Part shown: positions 1 through 10,845 of the stretch, one piece after another | Layout of the letters: every line of letters begins with the position of its first letter | How positions within the stretch are numbered: position 1 is the first letter of the stretch | From: a virus | Reading direction: 5' to 3' (one strand) | Virus record (IMG/VR): IMGVR_UViG_3300045988_169095 | Length of the DNA: 64,000 bases | Notes under the pieces: generated by a model | What the model was told of the DNA's origin: nothing | Database searches by the model: none | Seen by the model: only the letters and a program-made list of their open reading frames with translations | Translations under genes and position numbers: made by a program

Positions 1-406
1 CACTTTCTCCACCAAGGAATACTTCTAATTCTAATGTTTGTGCTATAGAACTAGACACGGGAGAATAGATATTAAAATTACAATAATAGGGAGCATTAAA
101 GCTTCCAGAGCAATAAAGTATTGAACCATCATTAATAATTGACTTCCCATCTTCAGTAGACTCTCAGGAGAATGTTCCTTCATTTCCTCCAGTATAACGT
201 AACTCTAAATAATCAGGATCTCCTACAGGTCAAATTCGAAAATGCATTGGTTCTCCAGGTTGATGACCTGCAGCGCTCGTATTATATCTTACAACATTTT
301 TAAATGGATATGCATCTTCTCAATGACTTCCCTCAGCATTATACAATTGAATTGAATAAGGAGATGTTTCTTTTCCTATATTTTGTGATATAAAAGGTTT
401 TCCCAT
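1..406 (-). CDS. Virion or tail-associated protein, 5' part (3' end runs off the window). Contains at least 3 in-frame TGA codons read as Trp.
   Basis: Minus-strand ATG at 406..404 sits 4 nt downstream of the preceding minus-strand gene's stop. The frame stays open only if TGA is sense (SHWED, RIWPV, FSWES). Confidence 0.45.
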
Positions 407-409
407 ATA

Positions 410-799
410 TTAATATCTTTTAGGTATACCTCCAAGTTTATCCGCTCACCTCTCTGTGTAGAACCAGTAATATGATTTCTTAGAATTTGGAGTATGGATC
501 ATAGCCCAAATAATACTTGGAAGTCCAATAATTAGTAAATAAAGAGGACCTAAATATAAAGATTGTCTTGTATGTCCTCATTCGTGATCTTTAATAAAGT
601 TTCTATTATATTTCCAACTTGATTCTCCCATTAAGATATATAATCCTAATGAAATACCTCCAGGAAAGTTTCCTGCATAAATTGGAATTTCTTTAAATGT
701 CTCTTTACGTTCGACATTGTAACATTTGGTTAAGATAAGGCCTAGGAGACACTGTGGGAACTCCCAGATCCATCTTAATAGTTTAATATATCATTTCAT
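410..799 (-). CDS. Small membrane protein (129 aa) with 3 in-frame TGA codons.
   Basis: ATG at 799..797 and TAA complement at 410-412. Hydrophobic helices. The TGA codons fall in MKW, HEWGH and TERWADK. Confidence 0.5.
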
Positions 800-813
800 A
801 AATTTAAATATTT

Positions 814-996
814 TTATGATCATTTAGTTAATGTAACACGAGGAAGTGGAAGTCACCCTTGAGGACCGTGCAAATCATATGAATCCTGGATTTCTCTTAT
901 AGTCAAATATTTTGTACTTCCTGGCACTGTTTGTGAACTTGCAGATCCTTTAATAAATGTATATAATTCTAATTCATCTACTTTATATTGCATCAT
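814..996 (-). CDS. Small hypothetical protein with 2 in-frame TGA codons. The frame is open up to 1173, so the protein may be longer with a non-ATG start.
   Basis: Stop TAA complement at 814-816. First in-frame ATG at 996..994. Upstream, the frame is open without any ATG. Confidence 0.3.
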
Positions 997-1166
997 ATCT
1001 TCCCAGGGAACATATACTTTAATAAAAGCTCCTGTAGGTGTTATTTCTGCTAGTTTTTCATATAGGTTGTTTCCATGTGAATCTGTAGTTAAAATAATTT
1101 CTACTTTATCTATTTGAGGTGAGTATGTTCCAACTAACTGTATTTGAAATATTACCCCCGTGGTAT

Positions 1167-1355
1167 TTAGTTTTTAGGAAAGTATTTATCTTTAATAAAT
1201 TTAGCATACCATCCAGTAGCTACTCCGCCAATAAATGATATAGCCATTAATAGTGTTTTCCAGAAGCCTAAAGCTTGGAAAATACCAATGCCTCCAATTA
1301 ATACACCAAGTATAATTGCAGCAATGATTAATTTGTGTTTAAGAGAAAGTTTCAT
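1167..1355 (-). CDS. Small membrane protein (62 aa), holin-like size and topology.
   Basis: ORF with two predicted TM helices, sitting inside the lysis and virion block. Confidence 0.45.
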   Translation of the reverse strand: MKLSLKHKLIIAAIILGVLIGGIGIFQALGFWKTLLMAISFIGGVATGWYAKFIKDKYFPKN

Positions 1356-1356
1356 A

Positions 1357-1605
1357 TTATTTATATGTTAAGTTACTATAAGTTGTTCCGTTTTCAGAAA
1401 CAATATAATTTTTCTGAGTTTTATATAACGGTAATATCTCATCCTTACAATAAATAAAAGCATAGGCTTTATCATAAAAAGGATGGTCTTTCATTTTATC
1501 TTCAAATTCTTTCGGAGAACGCTCTTTTGTAACTAAAGTATAAGAGTCTCCTAAACTAAAATTCATTTCTAAACCGTCATTTGTAATTTTTCTTAATGTA
1601 AACAT
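1357..1605 (-). CDS. Hypothetical protein (82 aa).
   Basis: ORF tightly packed with its neighbours on the minus strand. Confidence 0.45.
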   Translation of the reverse strand: MFTLRKITNDGLEMNFSLGDSYTLVTKERSPKEFEDKMKDHPFYDKAYAFIYCKDEILPLYKTQKNYIVSENGTTYSNLTYK

Positions 1606-1667
1606 AAATGTATATATTTATAAATTATTTTAAACTAGATATGTAACATAGAGTTCTTTTTAGGAGC

Positions 1668-3893
1668 TCACGCTACATCATTTAGTAATCTTAGTATAGT
1701 AGAATCATCAAGCCTTTCGAAAAGTTCTTCAGGCCCTTTGTAAAGATTCATGTCTATAGCTTTTTCTATGGGTTCAATTTTCTTAGGAATAGTTGGATTG
1801 TTTATATTACTTTTATAGAACTGATTCTCTGTTCTAATTAAATAATCACCTGTATGGTTCTTATTTCTAAGTTCCTGAACCTCTTCTAAGGTATATTCAT
1901 GATTTGGATCTAAGTTATTATTAAATCTTAATTCCATTAATCTGGAATAAATTTCTGAAGGCTTATCCAAATAATCATCATACATTATTCCTGGTTTTAA
2001 TCCTCATCTATCAATAATTTCTTTAACTTTGGCAATCTGTTCATAAGGTCTAGATGCATGAGTTCATTCATGAACTTCTGTACTCTTACTATCATCAGAA
2101 GTGGTTATAGTTTTCTCTTTATGATTAGTCAGTCCTGTAATTTTGCCTGGGAGTTTTCCTCTTTTAAAAGAGTATTTACTCATAGATGCAGATTGTCTAA
2201 AATAAGGATTTTCTATTAATCCAGGTATTGCCAATCATCCTGAATAAACAGAATTATTTTTAAGTTTATCCTTCCTCTGTGAAAGCCAATTATCAACTCA
2301 TTTTCGAGTATCTGCCCCATCTTGAGCTTTAATAATTCCTCCATTACGTTCTGATACTACCTCATTTCCAAGAACACCTGCTCCAAGTATCGCAGGGACT
2401 CTTCTAAATAGTTTCAAAATGATATCCTTATTCTCTTTCCAGAAGGTTTCTTTAGCTTGTAAAGCATTAGAGCTTGTAGTTGGATAAAACATATTAGCAT
2501 CCCAACCTATATCAAAGATTTTTCTAGCTTCTGCTTCAGTTAATTCTGTAAAAGAAGATCTAATTCCAGCTTCTGCTTTGTAACTCATAATTTTGGAATA
2601 GATATCTTTAGCACTATTTTCCTGAGTCATTGCAGATAAGAATTTCTTTGGAAACAATTCTTTCTCTGTATAAGATAATCCTCTTAATCCAAAATCATCT
2701 TTAGTTCCAACTAATTCTTGAAGAAGCTGCTTTGATGCAGCCTTCTCTCCTGAACGTAAAGGATTTTGTGCTGCAGGATTTATTTCAAGAATTGTTTCTC
2801 CAGTCTTTGCATCTTTAAAGAATGCATAGTCATGTTTTGGATTCCCCAATCTAACTTTAGAAATTTGTTTAGGAACCTCTAATCTTTCAGCTGCGGGAAT
2901 ACTTCCTTTATGAGCATTTCTTAACCATTTTAAAGCACCATGAAAATATTTAGATAAATCATTTCCATAATGTTTATAAATTAAGTTAACCCCTTCTTCT
3001 GCAGCTTTTACTGTATTTTTAGCAACTTCAGATGTACCCACTACTCCAGGCAGAACAGCTAGTCTGGCCGAATCTTCATCTCCTGTTGCTGAGTAATGGA
3101 ATAAACCGTAAGGAGTAAATCCTGCTATAATATCAGCTGGAGCTGAATTTGCTCAACTACTTGAATTGTATGCAGTAGCAATATTGTCTCATTTCCTTCT
3201 AAGTCAAGATCTATTATCTGGCCTAATTTCTCCAGTCCCTCCTGCTTGAAATTTAAGAATTCCTCCATGCTTAGCAGAGGCTATTATTCTTTTTAAAGTA
3301 TCTGCATACCTTGGGTCTGTTGCATAACCTCCTTTGGCCACTCTGTCTGCGAAACCAGCTATGTCTCCAGTAAAAGCCTTATATCTATTGTTATTAAGTA
3401 GAGAAATTTTATATTTTGCATAGTCTTCTAAAGAATCAAAATCTCTAAAACTATCATTAATATAAACATCTTTCCCATTAATAACTTCTCTTGTTCTTTT
3501 TACAGAGCCTTTTCCTTTAATACCTCCAAAATTGAATTTACCAGAAGGCTTAGTTCCTCAGGCAGATTCAAGTCCATCTTGTGCAACTAACGCTTTGGCA
3601 TAGGCTGCATTTAAACCCATTTGAGAAAGGATTCTCTCATAAATAGGTAACATAGTAGCCTTAAATTCATTCTTACTTTTAAATGAAGATGAAGTAGTAT
3701 TTGCACTAATTGTATATGTAGGTTTTGATTCTTTCTCGGCTCTAGGTTTTTCTTCTGAAGTTTCAATACTATCAATTATAGGGGAGGCAACAGTTTGAGG
3801 TCTTGGTTCTTCCCTTTCTTCAGTGTTGAATCTGGGTAAATAACCTTGGAGCTCATCTGGCTCTCTTGAAATTTTCCTATACCATGTTTTCAT
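1668..3893 (-). CDS. Large virion-associated peptidoglycan hydrolase (about 742 aa) with a glucosaminidase (FlgJ/LytD-like) domain. It has at least 11 in-frame TGA=Trp codons.
   Basis: Three track ORFs (3558-3893, 2298-3041, 1668-1985) share one frame. Scanning the gaps codon by codon found only TGA, never TAA or TAG. The motif FNFGGIKG...GGYATDPRYADTLKRII matches a glucosaminidase domain. Confidence 0.6.
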
Positions 3894-3983
3894 AATTACA
3901 TTATTTGATCGCTACAAATATAGTTATAGTTCTATTTAAAACAAAATAAAAGCAGCCTTTTTATGAAGACTGCTTTTAAGAGG

Positions 3984-4526
3984 CTATGCTTTGAAAAAAT
4001 AGATTTTATTTCCCTTAGTATTTCCTATATCAATATGTAATCATGTAATTTCTCCATTATTATCTCATTTTTCTACACGTATAGGATACTTAAGTTTATC
4101 TTGATTATTTTCGAGAATTTCTCTCATCTCTTTAGCAGTTAATTTAGTTGATATTAAATCAAACGCTTGACCTTTATAATGATAGCCTGTAGGAGTACCA
4201 ACTCCACACCCAGGTTCTCTATAACCACTATAATTTCTAGATCCTCCTGCGTATCAATTGTTACATATAAGAGGAACATTTAGAATTTCTCTAACATTCT
4301 CTAAAGCTTCAAGAGCTTTTGGATCTAGAAATTTTATAGCATCATCTCCATATTGATTATATATTTTAGATGATACTAATTCTTTTACTTGAAAGTATTT
4401 ATTTGCTTGCATAATTTTATACAATAAGTTATGGCTACATCATTCTCTAATTAAAGACGGAATTGGTCTTTTGAATACAATATTGTTAGGATATAATTCT
4501 TTTAAATATTGAATTATTTTCTTCAT
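3984..4526 (-). CDS. Peptidase M15 (VanY or L-Ala-D-Glu peptidase-like) endolysin with 4 in-frame TGA=Trp codons.
   Basis: Motifs SGYREPG...H.KGQAFDL and W-LHIDIG, where the Trp is encoded by TGA. 181 codons, stop TAG. Confidence 0.65.
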
Positions 4527-5097
4527 TTCTGCCCCAATTTTGAAAAATGAATTGTTTTATCATATATTTTTAGTTTTTGCTAAGTTAGAAAAAATTTTGG
4601 GAAAATACAAGAAATTGTGTAGGTATTGTGAGGGAGAGGACAGTTAGCTTTTTTGGCCCCCTCCCGTTTTGTTTGGAAAATCGTTTAATTTTTTGGTTCA
4701 ATTTTTTGACATTTGAAACTTCAGACTGGGGTGGGTTGTTCAATTTTTGAACAATTACACGAAATATGCGTTTTTCTTGCTTTTTTCTTTGGTGCTTCAT
4801 CTTTTTTCGCTATCTTTGTAATGCGGTTAGGGAACAACGACAGCCGCGCACGTTCTTTGAAATGTTTGAGTCTTTAATAAAAATTTTTATAAACCTTTTA
4901 ATCACTTTACAATTATGATTATTATTATCGCAACCGACATTCACGTAAAAATCATTGAAAACGGGATTATTAACATTAAAGACTACCCCGCCGCCGAACT
5001 TGATTCCGTTCAATATGAACGTGAACCAGCCCGCAAATTTACAAGGGAGCAGGCAAAGGCATTAGGACTTATTAAATAATCTTAAAAACTTATAACA
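4527..5097. promoter_or_regulatory. Divergent intergenic region between the minus-strand late block and the plus-strand genes. Likely carries promoters, with short palindromes of the form TTCAAATTTTTGAA.
   Basis: No convincing ORF. AT-rich with short inverted and direct repeats. Transcription is divergent on either side. Confidence 0.4.
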
Positions 5098-5676
5098 ATG
5101 ATTAACATGGTAATGATTGACCCGCGGACGGGTGAAACGGTTCGATTTATGCAAAATGACATTATTTCGGTTCCCACGTTGGACAAAGGTGCTAAACTAT
5201 ACATAACTAAAAAACCTATATGGATTGCCACCGTAGTCAACCACGGGAACGAAATTAAACAACGGTTGTTTATGGTTGACTACACCGACCCTGATGCCCC
5301 GTTTGCTCGCTCTATGTACGTTACACAAATTGCGAGAATCGACGAAGGCGGAACAACGGTAAATAATCGCAAGCAAGGTAAATTAGCGTTTACCGACATT
5401 GTAAACACTAAGATTCATAAAGCAGGCGTTAAAAATACAGTTGTAGACCAACTTTGCGCGGGGAAATTTTTAACTGTCGTTGACACAAAAGCCGTCAAGG
5501 TTCACAAATACGACGAAACGGCAAAAGAATATATCGAGGATTTCGACGAACGTTTCGCATATTCGTGGGAAATATCGGCGGCAAAAAATATTGACGACAA
5601 ACAGGCCGAAACGATCATAATGCAAGCAATTGACCGACAATTTACTAAGGTTCCAACGGAGGAACAAACAGAGTAA
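5098..5676 (+). CDS. Hypothetical protein with an acidic C-terminal tail, possibly SSB-like. Paralog A.
   Basis: 192-aa ORF with RBS-like context. The acidic tail reads TEEQTE. Paralogous to the gene at 5818-6381. Confidence 0.55.
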   Translation: MINMVMIDPRTGETVRFMQNDIISVPTLDKGAKLYITKKPIWIATVVNHGNEIKQRLFMVDYTDPDAPFARSMYVTQIARIDEGGTTVNNRKQGKLAFTDIVNTKIHKAGVKNTVVDQLCAGKFLTVVDTKAVKVHKYDETAKEYIEDFDERFAYSWEISAAKNIDDKQAETIIMQAIDRQFTKVPTEEQTE

Positions 5677-5683
5677 ACAAGCA

Positions 5684-5710
5684 AAGCGGGGAATTTTCCC
5701 CGCTTTTTTT
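5684..5710 (+). terminator. Rho-independent terminator.
   Basis: Stem GCGGGG/CCCCGC followed by a T7 run. Confidence 0.6.
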
Positions 5711-5817
5711 GTGCCATAGCCAATGGGGCCCCCAAGATATGTAGTTGTATTACAACGATTCTTTGACGATAGAACGTATTTATCGTCGAAAAATGAAATT
5801 TTTAATACAACAAAAAT

Positions 5818-6381
5818 ATGGTAGTAAATCTCAAACAGATCGGCGGTGATGCAATTCTGCATATCGTCGAAAACAACATCATTCCGATGTCCGCTCTGGA
5901 GAAGGGCGACCGTTTCTACATCACGAAGAACCCTGTCTGGTTGGCAGAACAGCGTGGCACGAATGCCAATTCGCGTGCCCACGTCCTCGCAGTCTTCCTT
6001 GTTGACGACACGATGATCGTGAAGCCCGTGTACTTCAACCAGCTGGCACGTGTCGACCGTGAAACCAAGAAGCTCGTCATGGGTGACAAGGTGAACGCAA
6101 CGACCTATCGCGGTGGTTCGAAGGCCTTCAACAAGCTCGCAGCAGGTAAAATCCTGACGGTCAGCGAGGTGAACGAAGACGTGAACGATTTCTCGTACGA
6201 TCAGAACGGCCAGCGGAATCTGACCGAAGACGGTAAGCCGATGTTCACCAAGACCAAGGCATTCGGTTACAAGGTGGAAGACGGTAAGGCCATCAACGAT
6301 GCCGAAGCCACGAAGGCAATCGAGGAATACCTCAAGGACAACTATGTCCAGATCGACCCGAACGACGAACCGCAGGAGTAA
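5818..6381 (+). CDS. Hypothetical protein, paralog B of the gene at 5098-5676. GC-rich copy.
   Basis: 187 aa. Shares the ITK(K/N)P(I/V)W block with paralog A and ends in an acidic tail. Confidence 0.55.
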   Translation: MVVNLKQIGGDAILHIVENNIIPMSALEKGDRFYITKNPVWLAEQRGTNANSRAHVLAVFLVDDTMIVKPVYFNQLARVDRETKKLVMGDKVNATTYRGGSKAFNKLAAGKILTVSEVNEDVNDFSYDQNGQRNLTEDGKPMFTKTKAFGYKVEDGKAINDAEATKAIEEYLKDNYVQIDPNDEPQE

Positions 6382-6792
6382 TCCGTGGTTCACCGTTCGA
6401 GCTTGACTCGACGAGCAAAACTATTTGAGAGTTGGGGATAATAAATTTCCACTCTCAAATAGTATTTGCAAACCTTTCAAAGAGCCACGATTTTGTATTG
6501 TTATGCGTATGAATTTGTGGAATAATAAAGGAGAACGTAAATACCAATTAATTGATACAATATGTATTTCTTAAATTTTAATCCTCTTGGAAATGAGGGA
6601 AATGGAGGATATGTGGGAGTACTTATTTTCGTGGTGGTATTCTGTATTATATGTCATCTCCTCTTTGAAAGAGATGATCATTAGGCTTTGATCGGCCTCT
6701 TGGTCCCTAAGATTGCACCCGTCATAGTAAAGTGATTATTCTACTCTTTATCTGCGACAGAAATGAGTAGATTTTTTTTTATTTTTAGGTTT

Positions 6793-6960
6793 ATGAAAGA
6801 CGCAACAAAAGCAGCTATGAAAGCTGCATTGGCAGACATGGGTATTACCCTGGATAAGTTCAATAAGCTGGAACTCTCTGTAAAGCAAATGACAGAGATT
6901 GCAGCTGATGATGTGATTATCCGAAAAGAATCTATCACTACGGTGACAATTGAAGAGTAA
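6793..6960 (+). CDS. Small hypothetical protein (about 55 aa).
   Basis: ORF followed by a hairpin plus T-run at about 6945-6992. Confidence 0.3.
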   Translation: MKDATKAAMKAALADMGITLDKFNKLELSVKQMTEIAADDVIIRKESITTVTIEE

Positions 6961-7109
6961 GGAGGAATTAATCTTCCTACTCTTCAATTTTAAATTCGTC
7001 GTTTGGTTCTATTGTGAATGGATATCTTAAGAATCTTTTGACTTCTTGTCATCTGTCATAAGACAACTGTCCTTCAATTTTCTTTGTTTCCGAATTTACT
7101 ATTAAGTAA

Positions 7110-7829
7110 TTAGGTAAGGGAATATTCTTGGGTTTCAATGGATCCATCTTTGATTGATTTTAATTTATTAATTTCTTTCATAGCTCATTGAAGTTGTTTT
7201 TTGAGCTGTTCAATGTCTTCAGTATTCTTTTCTACTTTCTCATTTACATAAAGAACAGCTTGACAAACTTTAGCTAAATCTATAGCTCCTACAGTTCTTT
7301 GTAATCCAGTAGTTTCATCTCTTCTATAGGAAGTAAGTTCTGTAAGTATTCCTTCATCTCTCATTTCTTTATTTCTTCGTCTAATTGTTCTTACAGATGT
7401 ATGCATAGAATCTGCAAGCTCTTCTTGAGTTTTCATAGTATATGCAAATCCTGTAGCAGGGTCCTTGTAAGAATTGGCTAAAACTCCCATTACATGTCCT
7501 TTTAAATCGGGAGATCAGTCCTTATCCAAGAATTCAAATGTATATCGTTCAAAATCTTCTTCAAGTTTTGTAAATTTATACACATTTGGCATTCTAGGTT
7601 TTCGAATTACCGTAAATGCACCTTCTCTTTCTAAAGCTAAAATTGCTTTACGAATAGTGTTTAAAGCACACCCAGTTTCTTTTTTGATTGTATCTAAGGA
7701 TGGAAATGCTTCCATCGTGTCTTTATTCATATGACGGCGAATGTGGGCATAAATATATCAGTCTTTAGAAGATAAGTTCCATTTAGATGGGTGTGGAACT
7801 TGCACATGTTGATTTTTTGTATATTCCAT
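7110..7829 (-). CDS. DNA-binding protein with two winged-helix/HTH-like segments, a putative regulator or replication initiator. Contains 3 in-frame TGA=Trp codons.
   Basis: ATG at 7829..7827 preceded by an in-frame TAA. Two track ORFs (7515-7730, 7185-7490) share the frame and are joined by TGA. The 3' end runs through another TGA to the TAA at 7110. Confidence 0.5.
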
Positions 7830-7914
7830 ATATTATATAGTATAAGTTTGCTATCACAAAGGTATATATTTTGTCCATCATTTCCAAATCGATAAGGTCA
7901 AAATTTATACTAGA

Positions 7915-7974
7915 GGCCAGATTTGAACTAGGGGAGGCGGCCAAATTTGAACGTCAACAGGCCAGATTTGGTAC
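7915..7974. repeat. Iteron-like direct repeats: three copies of GGCCARATTTGRAC at 24 and 21 bp spacing.
   Basis: Copies at 7915, 7939 and 7960. Followed by a CCACC/GGTGG hairpin at about 8019-8032. Confidence 0.5.
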
Positions 7975-8079
7975 ACTAACTATATAACCAACTAAACCCA
8001 CGTAACTATATAATAGCGACCACCTTGAGGTGGATCGCCGAGATGCCCAATTTGGGTTTTCGACCTCAAACTTGAAAAT

Positions 8080-8280
8080 ATGTCAGAGTATTCTGCAACA
8101 AATATAACACAATCAGTACTTCCTAGTGATGATAAAAAGTATCCACTTAAAGAGAATTCTACTATAAATTGGAATATGGATATGTTAATGAGATATTTTG
8201 AGGGTGTGAAAAAGATGAAAGGTGCTAGAGGGGACAGTCAAATCCTCCCTTCCTCTCCAGAAACTTTCTCTCTTTCTTAA
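8080..8280 (+). CDS. Small hypothetical protein.
   Basis: 66-aa ORF. Confidence 0.35.
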   Translation: MSEYSATNITQSVLPSDDKKYPLKENSTINWNMDMLMRYFEGVKKMKGARGDSQILPSSPETFSLS

Positions 8281-8310
8281 TCTCAAAATTCATCCTTAAT
8301 ATCCTTCCAC

Positions 8311-8517
8311 ATGGTACTTATTCTCAATCCAAATACTAAAGAAGCTACAACTCTCAACCTTTCTGAATTTCAACTCTTTATTGGAAATCGTCATCTCTCT
8401 ATAAAAGACCTCTCTGGAGATCTTACCATAGAAAATATTCCAATTAATGAAAATAGGAAATCGAGAAAGCCTCTTCAAGTTTCTATTCAGTCATATAAAT
8501 TACAAATATTCAAATAG
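8311..8517 (+). CDS. Small hypothetical protein.
   Basis: 68-aa ORF. Confidence 0.3.
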   Translation: MVLILNPNTKEATTLNLSEFQLFIGNRHLSIKDLSGDLTIENIPINENRKSRKPLQVSIQSYKLQIFK

Positions 8518-8519
8518 CC

Positions 8520-8756
8520 ATGCCTGTAGAAATGATTATTATGTTAGTGGGGCTTGGATTGGGAGGTCATTTTGGCAAAGCCTTGGAAGATTCTGGTAAA
8601 GAGAATTTTACCAAGGATGAAATTCTTTCAATTCATGCATCTTCGATTGCGAAGTTCTGTGAAGATCTCAAAAAGAAACAGCAAGAAGAGCAGCAGAAAG
8701 CCAAGGAAGCAGAGCTTTCGAAATTGGGAATTCTTCCTAAATCTGGAATTTCGTAA
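8520..8756 (+). CDS. Small protein with an N-terminal hydrophobic segment and a K/E/Q-rich tail.
   Basis: 78-aa ORF. Confidence 0.35.
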   Translation: MPVEMIIMLVGLGLGGHFGKALEDSGKENFTKDEILSIHASSIAKFCEDLKKKQQEEQQKAKEAELSKLGILPKSGIS

Positions 8757-8942
8757 CAAATAAAATATACGTAAAACATCTACTATTAAATAGTAGCCAT
8801 AATTAATCTACCACAGAGTAGGATCACTTGGTTTAGAATCTCTTAAATGAAAACGCGTAAGTAGTTTTTGAGAAGCTCATAGCATCAAGTATGGTTGTGT
8901 ATTTTTTCTTTTTGAATCTTTTAAGTTTAACAATATCTAAAA

Positions 8943-9203
8943 TTGTACATCATGGAATACAAAGCAATTTCCAAGAAGACGATGCGATCGAAGGATTTCA
9001 AAGCTTTCAAAGCTCTCAAAGCAAAGAAACCTGGTTATCGCATGTACATCGTGACAACGGAAAAGAACACGAGAGACGTACTTTTCCGAACTCCGCGTGG
9101 ATTCTTCATGCAGGAAGATACCTTTCCTGCAATTGAAATCTCTGTAACACAGGCTCAAGCTTTCTTCGATAAGTATGGCATCGGAGTCGAAACAGGCTGG
9201 TAG
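8943..9203 (+). CDS. Small hypothetical protein.
   Basis: 86-aa ORF. Confidence 0.35.
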   Translation: MYIMEYKAISKKTMRSKDFKAFKALKAKKPGYRMYIVTTEKNTRDVLFRTPRGFFMQEDTFPAIEISVTQAQAFFDKYGIGVETGW

Positions 9204-9362
9204 ATATGACCAGAGAAGAGCTCAAAGAAAGAGTATCAAAGCTCATTCAAACATTAGAGAACGTTGAGAGATCTCTTCAGTTTACAAATATCCCTGTATA
9301 CGTTCTCACCAACTACATCAAAGAAGAAACAAACATTGACATCACAAAAAACTAAAAAGATC

Positions 9363-9698
9363 ATGGCAAAGAAAGAAATCAAACCGCAGACCATCGAAGA
9401 GGTCCTTGCAGAGCACACTCCGACCTCCGACGCTGTCAAGAGCGCAGTCCAGCGTTACAACGAAGAGAAGAAGAAGAAGCAGGAACAGATCATCATCGAT
9501 ACCCTCGGCGCCGTTGACTGCATCGTCTCGGACCTCGTGGACGACCTTCGCAGGATCCGTGCAGAAGAGAAACGAGCTCAGCAGCGTATCCTCGACGTGA
9601 CGGCGGCCAAGGAGGCCTATCTAGCAGATCCCGATCAGGAGGTTCTGGCCCAGGGGCTTCGCAAGGCAGGCATCAGTCTGTCCCGTTATGCAGAGTAA
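9363..9698 (+). CDS. Hypothetical protein, GC-rich.
   Basis: ATG at 9363 within the 9264-9698 ORF. Distinct GC-rich codon usage. Confidence 0.45.
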   Translation: MAKKEIKPQTIEEVLAEHTPTSDAVKSAVQRYNEEKKKKQEQIIIDTLGAVDCIVSDLVDDLRRIRAEEKRAQQRILDVTAAKEAYLADPDQEVLAQGLRKAGISLSRYAE

Positions 9699-10243
9699 CG
9701 GGAACTCGTCTAAGCGAGTCTAAACAGATCTTTAAGCTTAGAGCGTCTCTGGTCATAAAGACCAGAGGGTAGATAGAAGAAATTTAGAATTATAAAAATT
9801 TTAAATTTCTTATAAATTTATTATTATTATATTAATATTAGCCCACCTAATTATAAATAATCACCTAATTATAAATAATATGGAAGAACTTTGAATTCGG
9901 AAATATAATACTTAAAGGTGGGACGGAGGATATGGTCAGTTCCTTTGAGACAGTGCCATATTCAAGTATGTTATCTAGTCAATAATGTACTTCAGAGAAG
10001 GTTTTACACGCTCTGTTCCATTGTGCTATCAAGCCTTAACCCGACTTAAACTTAGTCTATGGGACTTTGATCGGTCCCATAGGCTCTTATGTGGTGGCGA
10101 TTGCCGCGTTAAGTTAATTTTGTTCATATTGTTAGTATTTTCTTCGAAATTGCCACATCTTGCAAGATCTGAGGGTTTGGTTGCAATCCAAGAAGCAGAA
10201 GAAAGAAAATGGTTGTAAACTAAGTATTTCAAGCAACAACGTT

Positions 10244-10318
10244 GCTCGGTTCGTCTAGTTGGCCTAGGACGCAGGATTTTCATTCCTGAAATCATGGGTT
10301 CAAATCCCATACCGAGTA
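10244..10318 (+). tRNA. tRNA-Glu(TTC).
   Basis: Cloverleaf with a Glu-type D-arm TCGTCTAG..GGACGC. Anticodon stem CAGGA/TCCTG with loop TTTTCAT. T-arm GGTTCAAATCC. Confidence 0.55.
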
Positions 10319-10457
10319 CAACTCAAACTTAAATAAATGAAATCTTTCCTCATAACGTATCTCTTCTACAATGAAGAAGGGATTCCGATTCAAAGTTCTC
10401 TTCCTGTTCTTGCTAAAGATGAATCTGACGCAAGAAATACTATGAAGTTACTCGCAT

Positions 10458-10730
10458 TTGGGTGCATTGAAATCATATCAATTCAAAGAAATGGATAATG
10501 AAACTCTCGGAGGTTGCATGGGAGCAATCATCGGAATTGTTGTAATTATCGCTATTGCAGCCTTCTTTATGAGCATTTTCATTTATTTGCTCTGGCCTGT
10601 AGTGATTCCCGCAGTATTTCCCAAACTTGTAGCAGAAGGTTACATTGTAGGTAAACTTTCACCTGCGCTCTCTTTAGGAGTTGCTATACTTTGTGCAAGT
10701 CTCTTTAAGGGAACTAGTTACAAAAATTAA
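10458..10730 (+). CDS. Small membrane protein.
   Basis: 90 aa with two TM helices. Confidence 0.4.
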   Translation: MGALKSYQFKEMDNETLGGCMGAIIGIVVIIAIAAFFMSIFIYLLWPVVIPAVFPKLVAEGYIVGKLSPALSLGVAILCASLFKGTSYKN

Positions 10731-10737
10731 AATTATT

Positions 10738-10811
10738 GGTGGTTTCATCTAGTTGCGTTAGGATACCAGAGTCTCATTCTGGAAACAGAGGTTGGAGTCC
10801 TCTAACCACTA
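10738..10811 (+). tRNA. tRNA, anticodon probably CTC, with an atypical G32 and T-loop TTGGAGT.
   Basis: Acceptor GGTGGTT/AACCACT. Anticodon stem CCAGA/TCTGG with loop GTCTCAT. Confidence 0.4.
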
Positions 10812-10845
10812 CAAACGTTTAACAATATCACAAATTGTACTTATG

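Noticed and set aside
4585-5013. Two short minus-strand ORFs (71 and 67 aa).
   Set aside because: They lie in the AT-rich divergent promoter region. Low-complexity, with no start context.
5470-6393. 307-aa minus-strand ORF.
   Set aside because: It runs antisense across both plus-strand paralog genes and the terminator between them. The plus-strand genes have better starts and coherent products. The long antisense frame is likely a by-product of GC-rich codon bias in 5818-6381.
10029-10310. 93-aa minus-strand ORF.
   Set aside because: It overlaps tRNA-Glu and the conserved hairpin element. The tRNA is on the plus strand.
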